A stretch of 41,818 nucleotides of DNA. Source: Candidatus Omnitrophota bacterium. Its GTDB lineage: Bacteria > Omnitrophota > Gorgyraeia > Velamenicoccales > Velamenicoccaceae. Below are positions 1 through 10,440 of this stretch, one piece after another. Within the stretch, counting starts at the first letter, position 1, and every line of letters begins with the position of its first letter. The position numbers and the translations under genes are program-made. The notes under the pieces are model-generated. The model searched no databases. It worked only from the letters and a program-made list of their open reading frames with translations, and had not been told where the DNA came from. Where the stretch lies: assembly GCA_028717105.1 (NCBI GenBank), contig JAQUOM010000001.1, positions 1 to 41,818 on the forward strand. Direction: 5' to 3'.

Positions 1-784
1 CGCACCACAAATACGGATCGTGGAGAAAAGCCACCAATCCGTTCTTTTTCTGATAGGAGACCATGGCGTCGATCTGCCGCCTCAATAATTCCAGGCGTTC
101 CGGCCGGACCCACAAGTCCCCCCGGGGAAGAGTATGTTGCATGTCGTCCTGGGCGACGATGACCGGATGAAACACCAGGCATTCCGCTCCGGCCTCGGCC
201 GACAACGGCATCATGTCCGCCAACTCCTCCAAATTTTCATTCATGACCGTCACCCAGACGGAGATCTGCGGCCCGCCCTCCGCGGACTTCTTTGCGTCGG
301 ACAAAAGGCGCAAGGCACGCAGCGCCCTGTCGTACGCCCCGGGAAACCTTCGGATGCCGTCGTGCGTCGCCGCCGTTTTTCCGTCTAAAGAAATAGCGAT
401 ATTCTTGAGGCCCGACGCGATGACCCTGCCGGCGACCGCCTCCGTATCGATCAGGCTGCCGTTCGTCACGGCCTCGATCGCCAAACCCCGCCGGACGGCA
501 TCGGCGACAATATCAAAAATGTCCGGCCTCAGGAACGGCTCGCCGCCCGTCAAAACGACGACGCTATCGGTCCCCCACCCGGCGACCTCGTCAAAGACCC
601 TCCGGCAGACAGACCTGTCGAGCTCTTCGTTTTTCAAGACGTGTTTGACGCCGCACATCCGGCAGTTAAAATTACACGCGTGAGAAAGGCTGACAAAAAC
701 CCAGTGGGGCCTGGCCAGCGGGACGCCCAGCGCCTCCGACACGCGATAGCGGCAGCTCGTTTCAAATGCACTCAAGATGTCCAT
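1..784 (-). CDS. Radical SAM protein (partial; 3' end runs off the window)
   Basis: Not in the ORF track. Manual translation from ATG at 784 (SD AAGGAG) gives MDILSAFETSCRY...SHACNFNCRMC...LTGGEPFLRPD, with CxxxCxxC and GGEP motifs. Resembles the rSAM domains at 811 and 5743. Confidence 0.88.
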   Translation of the reverse strand, partial: MDILSAFETSCRYRVSEALGVPLARPHWVFVSLSHACNFNCRMCGVKHVLKNEELDRSVCRRVFDEVAGWGTDSVVVLTGGEPFLRPDIFDIVADAVRRGLAIEAVTNGSLIDTEAVAGRVIASGLKNIAISLDGKTAATHDGIRRFPGAYDRALRALRLLSDAKKSAEGGPQISVWVTVMNENLEELADMMPLSAEAGAECLVFHPVIVAQDDMQHTLPRGDLWVRPERLELLRRQIDAMVSYQKKNGLVAFLHDPYLWC

Positions 785-810
785 CAGGCTCCTTCAGGAC
801 GTCCGCGCGG

Positions 811-3800
811 TCAATCGCAAAAACACGGCAAAAGACACGGCGCGGCGCAGGACTTCACCCTGCTGCGGGCCGCCTCGGCCCGCGAAGAATGATAGATCGA
901 ACGCAAGGATTCTCTTTTTACATTCCCATAACAATCAAAACAGGTCGTCACATCCCCCTGCGGGGCGATCAGCATGGTCCTGGCCCCGTAAAGACAGGAC
1001 ACGTCGCCGGCGCGCAGGGCCCCCCGGAAATACTGCTTGGTCAAAAGAAGATTGTGCTCTGAATTACGCACGAGCGGCGCGTTATCTCTCTTGAAACGGA
1101 CCAGGGCATCGATGGCTTCATCCAGGACGGGCCAACGCTGTGCAGGGACCCAGTATTTCACGCTGGAAGAACGTTCCTTCATTACAAGGTTGTTGGCCAG
1201 CAGTGGCTGAAACTGGATCGAATTGACGCCGAAGGATTTGCAGAACGCCGCAAGAGACGCAAGCTCCTCGAGGTTCTCGTTCAAAATAATCGAAATCGTG
1301 TTGACGTTGACGGCGGCGGCGCGTTTTTTAAGCCCTGAAAGCAATGTCAGCCCTCTGACCGTCCTGGCGAAACACCCCGGGGTGCCGCGGATGTCGTCGT
1401 GAATCTGCGGGCTTACGGCATCCAGGGAGATGCTTAAGGAAACGAACCCGGCAGTCAGGTAAGGCGCGAGCCGGGCCAAAAAAACCTCGTCCAAAAGGAT
1501 GCCGTTGGACAGGATGCCGATAGGATACCGTATTTTTTTTGCGTGGTCGCAGATTTCCCAGATATCCGGCCTCAGGAAAGGCTCTCCGCCGGAAAGAGCG
1601 AAACCGGCGACCCCCCATTGCTTGGCCTGCAGGATTAAAGCCTTGACGTCGCGCGTTGTCAATTCCTGGCGGCTGGCGTTGTGACGGATATCGCAGATGT
1701 TGCAGCTCAGATTACAGCGGTGCGTTGCATCGAAAATGATCAGTTCGGGCCGGACCCTCTTTCCTTTTTCCCCGGCGCAGCCGGCATCTGCGCCGGTCAT
1801 CCTTGCCGCGGCGATCTTTTTATACTCAACGATGTTGCCCAGGATATAGACGGCCTTGTGCAAGGCAAAGAACGCAAATATCTTGCCTTTCTCAAAGAAC
1901 GAAAGTCCTTTGCGGACCCGCGCCAGGCGCCGGCCCATGACATAAGAGAACCGCGGGATCTTCAAGGCGTTGACGATCGTGGCCCCGCAGAAAGACAACG
2001 GTCCCCGCGCATCCAATTCTTTGAGCAACGGCAAGTCCCTGTGGAGATACTGGGCGCGGTAATTGCCCCGGCCATAGCGGTAGGCCTGCCTCAGGAACGA
2101 AAACAGCGTCGGATGACAATCGTGAAAAATCTCGATATCGGGCTTATAAACAAAATGATGCCCGTTTTTGAAAAGCCGCCAGAAAAATTCAAGGTCCTCC
2201 CCTCCGGCCGTGGAAAAAGACGCATCGAACCTTTCTCCGTTCAGGCGTTCTTTTTTCAGCGAGACATTGCAGGTAGGAAAGAAGATGACACGCGGCTCGC
2301 CGTCAACAGACGCCTCCATGGCCCCGTCGCTCAAAAACTGGCTGACGAGCGCCTTTGTCTTGCCGGGATGGACCCGGCTCAAACCCCCGACGGCGGACGC
2401 CGCGCCTTCCGCCTCGTGGGCATCGACCATCTTTCTTACCCAGTCCCTCGCCGAAATGCAATCATCGTCGGTAAACGCGATGATTCTGCCCCGCGCGTGA
2501 CTGAGCCCCAGATTCCTGGCGGCCGCCGGGCCCCTGGAAGACTGCAGCAGGTAATGCAGGTTGTTTTTCTGACGGGCAAGAGCCTCCAGCATCGGCCGCG
2601 TCCCGTCGGTTGAGCCGTCGTCGACAACAATGATCTCGTACCGGTCTGAAGGGTAATCCTGGCCGAGGAGGGCGTCGAGGCAACGGCGCAGCCGGTCCCG
2701 GCGTTGACGGGTCGGAATAATAACAGATATATCTTTTTCGGGCCCATCGGCCAGGCGCGCGGAACTTCGCGCATTCTGCATCTGCGCGATCCGGTCGCGG
2801 ACCAGGGCGCCTTTGACGGAATCGCCGGCCCGTTGACCGGCCCGGACATAATAAGCCAGCGCCTCTTCGTAACGGCCGCAACGGGCCTCCTCCTCAGCCA
2901 GAAAGACATCATAATCCGCGAGGCCAAAAAAGGCCTCTCCGTTGTCGCCGCAGGCGCGGACATAAAAATCCATGGTTTCTAACCGCGTTGCAAGCGTATT
3001 GTTGTCCCGCATCGAGACCCACCGCGCCGGATTCTGGTCCTCGGAACAAGCGATGCCGAATTGTTCCCTGTGTTCATACAAAAGCGATCCCTTCACCAGG
3101 GCCAGAGGGTGATAATGGACCCCGTCGATGGACCTCTTGTTGCGCCGCAAAAATGCAGCTGTCTCAAGGACATCCTTTCGGGTCTCGCCGGGAAAACCGA
3201 TCACGATATTGACGTTCGTGCGGATACCCGCGGCCTTCGTGTCCCGCAAGACCCGTTCGGCGAGCAACGGATCGAACCCTTTGCCCATCTTACGCAGCAT
3301 GCGGCGGCTGGCGTGCTCCAATCCATAACTCACATGAGACCATCCGGCCTTTTTGAGCCGGGCGATAAAAGGCGCCGTCATTTCTTTGCGGATCAGCCCC
3401 TGGCCGCCCCACGTCACGCCCAGGTTGCGGCGGGCGAGGAGATCGCACAAGGCCTCAAGCATCGGGATGTCGCCGTTGAAAAGGGAATCGTTGAAGAAAA
3501 ACGATCTCACGGAAGGATGGCGCGATATCTGATGCGTCATTTCCGCGAAAACGTGGTCCGCGCTGCGCGACCTGTAGACCCCCCACAGGCGTGACTCGGC
3601 ACAAAAAAGGCAGGCATTCAGGCATCCGCGGCTCGTCGATAAAGGAAGCAGCTTCTCTGTATAGGATACCAGGTCGAAATCAGAATAATCGGCGAACGGC
3701 AAACTATCCAACGCCGCAGGCGCCGGGGCGCCGGGCAGGCTGACGATAGAACCTTCTGTGCACACGGCCGCGCCGGGCAGCGGGACGATCCGGCGGGTCC

Positions 3801-4296
3801 GGGCGGCAGAATCCATCATCCCGATAAAAACCTCTTCGCCTTCCCAGAAACACACGGCGTTGACAAAAGGATAGCGGTCCAGGAGGCCGGCGCCGCATTC
3901 ATTCTTGAAGCAATGAGGGCCGCCGCATACGATCAGGGACTGCGGCGTTCTCCTTTTGACCTCTTCGGCCAAAACCATCGCAAAAACGCTGTTGAGGCCG
4001 GTCAGGGTGAAACCGATAACATCGGCGCCATAGCCGGCGATCTCCTCGACGCATTGTTCGACGAAAGAATGATGCTTGGCAATGACCGCGCGTGCGTAAG
4101 ATTCGTCATACCAATCCGTCGGCTTTTCATACAATGCCTCTTCGCCGCGACGGCACAGATAACGATAAAAACGGATGTTCGCATCCAGGCAACGAACATC
4201 GAAACCCTTTGCCCTGCCGACGGCTTTAAGAAGGGCGATATTGTAAGGCGGACTCAAGACGCCCCAACAAGGGGCCTGGACCAATAGCGTTTTCAT
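811..4296 (-). CDS. Multidomain fusion: B12-binding radical SAM + short TPR-like helix pair + GT2 glycosyltransferase + second radical SAM with Cys-rich (Twitch/SPASM-like) tail
   Basis: N-terminal B12-rSAM (CGGPH, WEGE, RGCLNACLFC). GT2 (ISVIIPT, VVDDGSTD, GPAAARNLG, FTDDDC, GGED). C-terminal rSAM (CNLSCNIC, SGGEP, CLYG..CFDC..CAAPCLLPC). Start at ATG 4296, or TTG 4323. Confidence 0.88.
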   Translation of the reverse strand: MKTLLVQAPCWGVLSPPYNIALLKAVGRAKGFDVRCLDANIRFYRYLCRRGEEALYEKPTDWYDESYARAVIAKHHSFVEQCVEEIAGYGADVIGFTLTGLNSVFAMVLAEEVKRRTPQSLIVCGGPHCFKNECGAGLLDRYPFVNAVCFWEGEEVFIGMMDSAARTRRIVPLPGAAVCTEGSIVSLPGAPAPAALDSLPFADYSDFDLVSYTEKLLPLSTSRGCLNACLFCAESRLWGVYRSRSADHVFAEMTHQISRHPSVRSFFFNDSLFNGDIPMLEALCDLLARRNLGVTWGGQGLIRKEMTAPFIARLKKAGWSHVSYGLEHASRRMLRKMGKGFDPLLAERVLRDTKAAGIRTNVNIVIGFPGETRKDVLETAAFLRRNKRSIDGVHYHPLALVKGSLLYEHREQFGIACSEDQNPARWVSMRDNNTLATRLETMDFYVRACGDNGEAFFGLADYDVFLAEEEARCGRYEEALAYYVRAGQRAGDSVKGALVRDRIAQMQNARSSARLADGPEKDISVIIPTRQRRDRLRRCLDALLGQDYPSDRYEIIVVDDGSTDGTRPMLEALARQKNNLHYLLQSSRGPAAARNLGLSHARGRIIAFTDDDCISARDWVRKMVDAHEAEGAASAVGGLSRVHPGKTKALVSQFLSDGAMEASVDGEPRVIFFPTCNVSLKKERLNGERFDASFSTAGGEDLEFFWRLFKNGHHFVYKPDIEIFHDCHPTLFSFLRQAYRYGRGNYRAQYLHRDLPLLKELDARGPLSFCGATIVNALKIPRFSYVMGRRLARVRKGLSFFEKGKIFAFFALHKAVYILGNIVEYKKIAAARMTGADAGCAGEKGKRVRPELIIFDATHRCNLSCNICDIRHNASRQELTTRDVKALILQAKQWGVAGFALSGGEPFLRPDIWEICDHAKKIRYPIGILSNGILLDEVFLARLAPYLTAGFVSLSISLDAVSPQIHDDIRGTPGCFARTVRGLTLLSGLKKRAAAVNVNTISIILNENLEELASLAAFCKSFGVNSIQFQPLLANNLVMKERSSSVKYWVPAQRWPVLDEAIDALVRFKRDNAPLVRNSEHNLLLTKQYFRGALRAGDVSCLYGARTMLIAPQGDVTTCFDCYGNVKRESLRSIYHSSRAEAARSRVKSCAAPCLLPCFCD

Positions 4297-4319
4297 GTTC
4301 AAGAGATGTCCCCTGTAAA

Positions 4320-5753
4320 TCAATACTGCACTTCACAATCATAATGACGGTGGACCTGGCGCGCCACGTCGCGGAAACGCAGTAACCGCTCTTTTCTGAT
4401 CTCCGGCGTGCTGTGCCTGCTATGCCATCCGTCGTCGTGAAACGTAATCCCGTATTCTTGAGGATGCGTCCCGAGGTAAGAATCGTCCTCGACATGGCAC
4501 CCTGTCACCTGGTCGAAGCAATCGATCGCCGACGCATGAGCCCTGATAAAATCCAGCGTCATCAGAAAATCGTCTTCCGTCTCGGTGGGATAACCAATCA
4601 TGAAAAAACAGTTAACGCCGATCCCCGCCCGGCGCGTATCCCGTATCACGCGCGAAATGGTCCTTAGGTCGGCGTTCTTTCTCATATCGCGCAAAACCCG
4701 CGGAGAACCGCTCTCGACGCCGTAGGCCAGGCTGACGCAGCCGGCCCGCCTCATCTTGCCCAGGAGTTTCGGCGTCATCTCTTTGCGCGCGCACGCCTTT
4801 GCCGACCAAAGAACGCGCAGGTCCAGCCGGATCAAATCGTCGCAAAGACGGTCCAGCCGCCGGATGTCGCCGTTGAAGGTGGAATCGACAATCTCAAACT
4901 GGTCGCGGCCGTATGCGGCGCGCAAAAAAAGGGCCTGCCGGATGACGGCGCCCGCCGACTGGAAACGATAGGACGTCCAAAGGGGGCTGTCCGCGCAAAA
5001 GGTACACCGGTTCACGCATCCGCGGCTCGTGACCAAAGGAAGGGAAGCCGCCGCATACCCCTCAAGCGCGTAATCCCCGTAATCCGGCGGCGGCAAGAGG
5101 TCCAGGTCGACCCACGACGAACGTCGCGGCGCCGTCTCCATCCGGCCGTCGCGAAAACAGATAGCGCCGGGTATCGCAGAAAGTCCTTTTCGCGCTTTCA
5201 CGGCCGCGAGGATCTCGCCCATCGACGGCTCTCCCTCCCCTTCGACAAGAACATCAAAAACCCCGCCGCGGACCAGACCGGGATGAAGGGACGCCGCAGC
5301 GGCGCCTTTTTTTTCCATGACCTTGCGGTATCTTCTCGCCTCCGGCCCTCCGCCCACAATGACGCAATCCGGGCAGCGCTCTTTGAGACGCCCGGCTATG
5401 ACGAAACTCGCGTTCACGGTCGACATATACAGGGAAAACCCGACGACCGACGGAGAATAAAAAAGGATGTCGTCAACCCACGCATCGATATGAGGATTCA
5501 TGAGCGGCAGGATCTCGCGCTCGAAGGACACCGGGAGGATAAAATGCTCCGGATAATTCAAGTCCCAGTAGATTTTTTGCGTGGCGATGGCGTGGAGGCG
5601 TTCGTTTAAATCCAGGCACACCGCGCTCCATCCTGAGGCCGCAAGAGAACTCTTGATCTGGCTGATGCCCACAGGAGGATGCAGGACCCCCCAGCCCGGT
5701 GCCACGACCAGGACGGCGTCCGCCTTCGCTGCAAGACGTTCGCTAAAAGACAT
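4320..5753 (-). CDS. B12-binding domain radical SAM protein
   Basis: VGGGPE, GEGE, SRGCVNRCTFC, GVESGS, MIGYPTET motifs. ATG 5753 preceded by CAGGAGG. Confidence 0.9.
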   Translation of the reverse strand: MSFSERLAAKADAVLVVAPGWGVLHPPVGISQIKSSLAASGWSAVCLDLNERLHAIATQKIYWDLNYPEHFILPVSFEREILPLMNPHIDAWVDDILFYSPSVVGFSLYMSTVNASFVIAGRLKERCPDCVIVGGGPEARRYRKVMEKKGAAAASLHPGLVRGGVFDVLVEGEGEPSMGEILAAVKARKGLSAIPGAICFRDGRMETAPRRSSWVDLDLLPPPDYGDYALEGYAAASLPLVTSRGCVNRCTFCADSPLWTSYRFQSAGAVIRQALFLRAAYGRDQFEIVDSTFNGDIRRLDRLCDDLIRLDLRVLWSAKACARKEMTPKLLGKMRRAGCVSLAYGVESGSPRVLRDMRKNADLRTISRVIRDTRRAGIGVNCFFMIGYPTETEDDFLMTLDFIRAHASAIDCFDQVTGCHVEDDSYLGTHPQEYGITFHDDGWHSRHSTPEIRKERLLRFRDVARQVHRHYDCEVQY

Positions 5754-6879
5754 GGGCCTCCTGCCGTTCAAAAATCCTGCGCTTCTCAAAAAAGTCTTTG
5801 AGCTCGATAAATCCGTCCCGATAAGAACACCACTGAAGACACGGGGCAGCGCACCGGCGGATCAGCCGGCGATAGGACCGCGCCTTACCGGAAAACCAGA
5901 GCCGCTGCAGGGAATCGCGCGCCACGTCGCCGAAGTTCGCTTCGAACCGTTCCTGATTGACGCAGAAATAAAGCCGTCCCTCCTGCACGATCTGGAGGCG
6001 GTTGTATCCCGCATAACAGGGCATATCGGCCGGCCTCATCTTGCCGCTGAAATACTTCTTCATGAGATCCAATTGCCAGATCCCGTTGGCGATGCGCGCG
6101 TAATGGCCGCGGGACCTGCGTTTGTAGGCGATCAGTTTATCGAGGGCATCGGACAAAACGCCCAGGCGCGCCGGAGGCAGCAACCCCGGAGCAGGCCCCG
6201 AACGCTGTGTCTGGTCGATATTGTTGGGGACGACGGGCTGAAACATGACCCTCTCAACGCCCAGAGAGACACAGAGATCGACGACATCGCTTAATTCCTC
6301 CAGGTTGTCGTCCATAACGGTGCAAACACACACGAGGCGAGGCGACGGACGCCCGGCATCGCGCTTCATTTTTTCGAGAAGCGCGATATTCTCCTTGATG
6401 CGGGACAGGACGTTCTCGCCGCGGATCCTGCGAAAGGTCTCTTCGGTCGCGGCGTCGATGGAAATACTGAGCCAGTCCACACCCGACTCCAGGCAGCGGC
6501 CGATCGCTTCACGCCCCAATAAAACACCGTTGGTCACGACGACAGGGCTCAACCCTGCCTTCTTAGCGTCGGCAACGAGATCAAAAAGGTCCGGTCTCAA
6601 CAGGGGCTCGCCCCCGATGAAAAGGATGCTCTTGACGCCGAGCTGCCGCGTCTCGGCAATGATCTTGCGGAATGTCCCTGAATCAATCTCGACCTGCCGG
6701 CCCTGCGCCTTCAAAGAACGCTCCTGTGCGTGCATCTGGCACATCTTGCAGCGCAGATTACAGCTGAAACTGAAATTGACCTGGACGGTGTCCGGCGGCA
6801 ATAAAGGATAATCAATCCGGCGCGAAAGCCAGAATAAAAAATTCTTTGCGGCGAGTTTCAAGAGATATTTCCGGTCCAT
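5743..6879 (-). CDS. Radical SAM protein with Twitch/SPASM-like C-terminus
   Basis: CNLRCKMC, GGEPLLR, VTNG, C-terminal CYAG..C..CAAPCLQWC. ATG 6879 preceded by GGAGGAGG. Confidence 0.9.
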   Translation of the reverse strand: MDRKYLLKLAAKNFLFWLSRRIDYPLLPPDTVQVNFSFSCNLRCKMCQMHAQERSLKAQGRQVEIDSGTFRKIIAETRQLGVKSILFIGGEPLLRPDLFDLVADAKKAGLSPVVVTNGVLLGREAIGRCLESGVDWLSISIDAATEETFRRIRGENVLSRIKENIALLEKMKRDAGRPSPRLVCVCTVMDDNLEELSDVVDLCVSLGVERVMFQPVVPNNIDQTQRSGPAPGLLPPARLGVLSDALDKLIAYKRRSRGHYARIANGIWQLDLMKKYFSGKMRPADMPCYAGYNRLQIVQEGRLYFCVNQERFEANFGDVARDSLQRLWFSGKARSYRRLIRRCAAPCLQWCSYRDGFIELKDFFEKRRIFERQEAHVF

Positions 6880-6898
6880 CCTGCCTCCTCCTGCACGC

Positions 6899-9625
6899 TC
6901 AATCCTGCAAGACAATCTTCCCCCGACACACCAGACGAAAACCGTTCTTCCAAACCGAAGGCGGCTCGTGCGAAAAACGCAGGACACGCCCCCGGTGATA
7001 GACATCTGAATTGACCACGGCCAGTGCGCCTTCCTTGCCGTCCGCGGCGCACGTAAAGACAACCGAAGGACAAAGACGCCCCAGACAGGACGCGGCTTTG
7101 ACGCCGACAAAGGCGCGGGCAGGATCATACCCGTTACGGGCCGCCCACAATTCCTCCCATTCATCGTCGAGGACGTCTTTAAATTCAGGAAAAACCCCTT
7201 CGGCCTCATGGGAAAACCACTGACGGTAACTTTCAGAAAGCATCACGTTCGTCTGGAAACGTTCCGGCCGCAAGGCGGCCGTGGCTTCGGTGGTCACCGC
7301 GAAGGCCAGGGCCCGGCGATCGATCGCCGAAATCTCCCAGAATTGCCTGACGGGCACATGGAGCCAGGTCCCCGCACACCGCAGGACGCCCTGAGGACTA
7401 CGCTCGTACTTCCAGAAGGCCGATGAGACAGAATCATGCCATCGGCCGTCGACACGGAGCGACGCATAGAGCGCCAGCCCCTTGGATAACGGGACCCCGT
7501 CCTGGAATAACCGGCCACGGCCCTCGGCGCACTCCAGGCGCAGACGGCCCGTCTCCAAACCGGCCGCAACGGTATAAGGCCCCGGGCGCCGCCCTTCCTG
7601 AAAATGCCACGCCAGATCAAAACACGGCTGGCGGCCGGGCGGCAGCAGGCGCTCGTTCTCCGGCGGAACCTTGATCACGCGCAGGATACGGCCTTTATGG
7701 AAAAAATCGCTATTGAGGATCTTGGCAAACGTGCCTTTTTGCGGCGCGAAAGACACGGCGACGGCAGGAAGAGCGCCGACGGGGTCATAGACGCCGATCG
7801 TACCGGCAGGCAGGCATTTCTGAAGGATATCGCATTCATGCGAAACAAAGGCCGCCGGGAAATCTCCCCGGACGTCGTCGCAAAACCAATGGGTATATTC
7901 CGGACGGCAGAGGCAAAGCATATTGAGTTCATCAAGATGCACGGCCTTCTCGATATCCAACGAGACTCTCCAGAAAAAAGAATCCGCGCCGTTTTTGACG
8001 AACTCCCAAACCTGCGTCAAGGCCAAACCCTCCCACCGTCCTCGCGCGACCAGGCGATCCGAGCCCTCTTTGGACACCTCCCACCGGGCCGCGCCGGAAG
8101 AATACCATGTGCCGTCGACGCGCATCGAAGTATAAACATGCTGGCCCGTCGTCAGAAGCGCCTCTTTGCCATAGAGCATCATCCTGCCCCCTCGGCAGAC
8201 GAGCGCTCCTTCCTGCCCTGAAAGATTGTAACTCTCGAACACATCCTGTGTCCTTCGGGCGGCCCGGCCCATCCCAACGCGCAGGCGTCCCGCAAAAGAC
8301 ACATGGGTCCGCGCAACCCCCTCCTGGCTGCCCCGCACAGGAAAAATCCGATACTGCAAGATGCGGCCCGGCTCAGGATAAGCGGCATTGATGATATAAG
8401 GATGACTCAACGGGCCGTCGTCGGCCTGCTCGAAAACAACGGCGGGCAGACTTGCCGCAGGCTCTTCTTCAACAGCCAGGCACTTCATGCCTGCGGCCTC
8501 TCCCGACAAGACCTGTCCGTCTTTCTTCTCCGCATCGACGTCGGGAAAAGGTCCGCTTCTTTCCGGCGTCACCCAGGACCGATACGCCTTGTTCAGCAGG
8601 ACATTGACGTAGGCCTCCCCCAACCCGAGGGACTCATCAGCCTCCAGAGAAATGTCCCAAAGGAGCGTGCCGTCCGGCATGATCTGCGCGCTCCAGCGCT
8701 GCACCCAGGTCTTCTGATAAGATGTCCCTGTCGCGATGAGCCGGTCGTCCGCTTCCAGGCGCACGTCCCACTCCGCCTGCGACGAACTCACCCAGGCATC
8801 CCCCAGGAGAAAAACAACATGGCCGCCGGCGCCCGACGTGAGCATTTCTTCTTTCCAGAAAATGAAAATCCGCCCCTTGTTAAACACAACGCGCAAAGGC
8901 CCTCTCTCCAGGGTCCCGACGGATTCCTGGGGGCCGCGAAGACGGCTATACAATGGAACAACCTTCGGGCAGGGGCCGTCCATGATCAGGCGCCCCTCTT
9001 TGAGCAAGATGGCCCGGCGGCAAAGACGGCGCAGCATCTGCATGTCGTGCGTCACCAGCAAAATCGTCTTGCCCCGTTCCTTGATCTCCAGAATCTTCCG
9101 GGCGCACTTCGCCTGGAACGCTTCATCGCCGACAGCCAGGATGTCGTCGATTAAGAGGACGTCGGGATCTATATGGATCGCGACGGAAAAAGCCAGGCGC
9201 GCGAACATCCCCTGGGAATAACATTTGACGGGCGCGTGGATAAACCGTCCCAAACCTGCAAAATCGACGATCCCCTGATACCGCCTCTGCGTCTCCCGGG
9301 GATCGAGGCCGAAAAGCCCGGCGTTCAACATAATATTTTCCTGGCCCGTGAGCTCCAGCTGAAAACCGGCCCCAAGCTCCAGAAGGCCGGTGACCCGGCC
9401 CGCCACGCGGACCTCGCCCCTGTCCGGCTTGAGCATACCCGCGAGGACCTTGAGTAATGTGGACTTCCCGGAACCGTTCTCTCCGATAATACCGAGGACT
9501 TCACCTTCGGAAACCTCCAGGTCGAGCGCCCTTAAGGCCCAAAAATTCTCCCAAACGGTCTTGTCTTCAGTGACAAACCTGATCCGGTATTTTTCCCAGA
9601 CATCCCGGCATTGAATAACGACCAT
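6899..9625 (-). CDS. wzt: Wzt/TagH-type polysaccharide ABC transporter ATP-binding protein with a very long, three-repeat C-terminal extension
   Basis: Walker A GENGSGKST, LELGAGF..LTGQENI, YSQGM signature, LLIDDILAVGD, VTHD. Directly downstream of the wzm-like permease. Confidence 0.88.
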   Translation of the reverse strand: MVVIQCRDVWEKYRIRFVTEDKTVWENFWALRALDLEVSEGEVLGIIGENGSGKSTLLKVLAGMLKPDRGEVRVAGRVTGLLELGAGFQLELTGQENIMLNAGLFGLDPRETQRRYQGIVDFAGLGRFIHAPVKCYSQGMFARLAFSVAIHIDPDVLLIDDILAVGDEAFQAKCARKILEIKERGKTILLVTHDMQMLRRLCRRAILLKEGRLIMDGPCPKVVPLYSRLRGPQESVGTLERGPLRVVFNKGRIFIFWKEEMLTSGAGGHVVFLLGDAWVSSSQAEWDVRLEADDRLIATGTSYQKTWVQRWSAQIMPDGTLLWDISLEADESLGLGEAYVNVLLNKAYRSWVTPERSGPFPDVDAEKKDGQVLSGEAAGMKCLAVEEEPAASLPAVVFEQADDGPLSHPYIINAAYPEPGRILQYRIFPVRGSQEGVARTHVSFAGRLRVGMGRAARRTQDVFESYNLSGQEGALVCRGGRMMLYGKEALLTTGQHVYTSMRVDGTWYSSGAARWEVSKEGSDRLVARGRWEGLALTQVWEFVKNGADSFFWRVSLDIEKAVHLDELNMLCLCRPEYTHWFCDDVRGDFPAAFVSHECDILQKCLPAGTIGVYDPVGALPAVAVSFAPQKGTFAKILNSDFFHKGRILRVIKVPPENERLLPPGRQPCFDLAWHFQEGRRPGPYTVAAGLETGRLRLECAEGRGRLFQDGVPLSKGLALYASLRVDGRWHDSVSSAFWKYERSPQGVLRCAGTWLHVPVRQFWEISAIDRRALAFAVTTEATAALRPERFQTNVMLSESYRQWFSHEAEGVFPEFKDVLDDEWEELWAARNGYDPARAFVGVKAASCLGRLCPSVVFTCAADGKEGALAVVNSDVYHRGRVLRFSHEPPSVWKNGFRLVCRGKIVLQD

Positions 9626-9626
9626 A

Positions 9627-10406
9627 TCAGATCCGTTTCAGAAGTTGAGGTTCAAACCGCCAAAAAATCCCCGCACCGCAACACAGGCTGCCCAGCGACC
9701 ACAGGACAACCTGCACAAAAACAAAAAGGTCCGGAACGCGGCCGAAAAAAAGAACGTCGCGGTAAAATGTGATAAAACCGGCCATGGGATTCATAACGCA
9801 GATCCACCGCAGGCCTTCGGGGATCATATCCGCAGAATAGAAAACCGGCGTCACCCACATCCAGAACATGAAGACGATGTCCAAAAGATGGCCGACGTCG
9901 CGGCAGAACACGTGGACAACCGAGAACAAAAGCCCCAGGCCGGCCGTGAAGACAAGAAACAGCAGCGAGACGAAGACGAACAAAAAAAACAACGGCAGGA
10001 CCCGCGGATTGAAATAGAGAAAAAGAGGGAGAAAAAACAGCCAGCCGATCAGGTAATTCAGAAAATGCGACAGGACGCAGGACGCGGGCAGCGTTTCCCT
10101 GGGGAGCCGAAATTGACGCAGGATATTCTGCTGGGACAAAAAGATCCGGGTCGCTTCGGATAATGCCGAGACAAAAAACATCCACGGAAACATCCCTGCC
10201 AGGACAAAAAGAGGAAAATCCCGCATCCGGACGTTAAAGATGGCCGTGAAGGCAAACACGACGCCCATAGTCAACAGGATCGGATTAAAGACGGCGAGCG
10301 AAATCCCCAGGACCGATCCGGCATAACGGACTTTCAGCTGCTTGACGGCCATGTCCAAAAAAACATGCCGGTAGCGGTAAAAATCTGCGATCTTGTCTTT
10401 GATCAC
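9627..10406 (-). CDS. wzm: Wzm/TagG-type ABC-2 polysaccharide export permease
   Basis: LKVRYAGSVLG, FCRDVGH, TPVFYS and MNPM motifs; about 6 TM segments. Probable GTG start at 10406. Confidence 0.9.
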   Translation of the reverse strand: MIKDKIADFYRYRHVFLDMAVKQLKVRYAGSVLGISLAVFNPILLTMGVVFAFTAIFNVRMRDFPLFVLAGMFPWMFFVSALSEATRIFLSQQNILRQFRLPRETLPASCVLSHFLNYLIGWLFFLPLFLYFNPRVLPLFFLFVFVSLLFLVFTAGLGLLFSVVHVFCRDVGHLLDIVFMFWMWVTPVFYSADMIPEGLRWICVMNPMAGFITFYRDVLFFGRVPDLFVFVQVVLWSLGSLCCGAGIFWRFEPQLLKRI

Positions 10407-10440
10407 CGCGATCTCGCTTCTTCTTTTGTGTAATCCGTCT

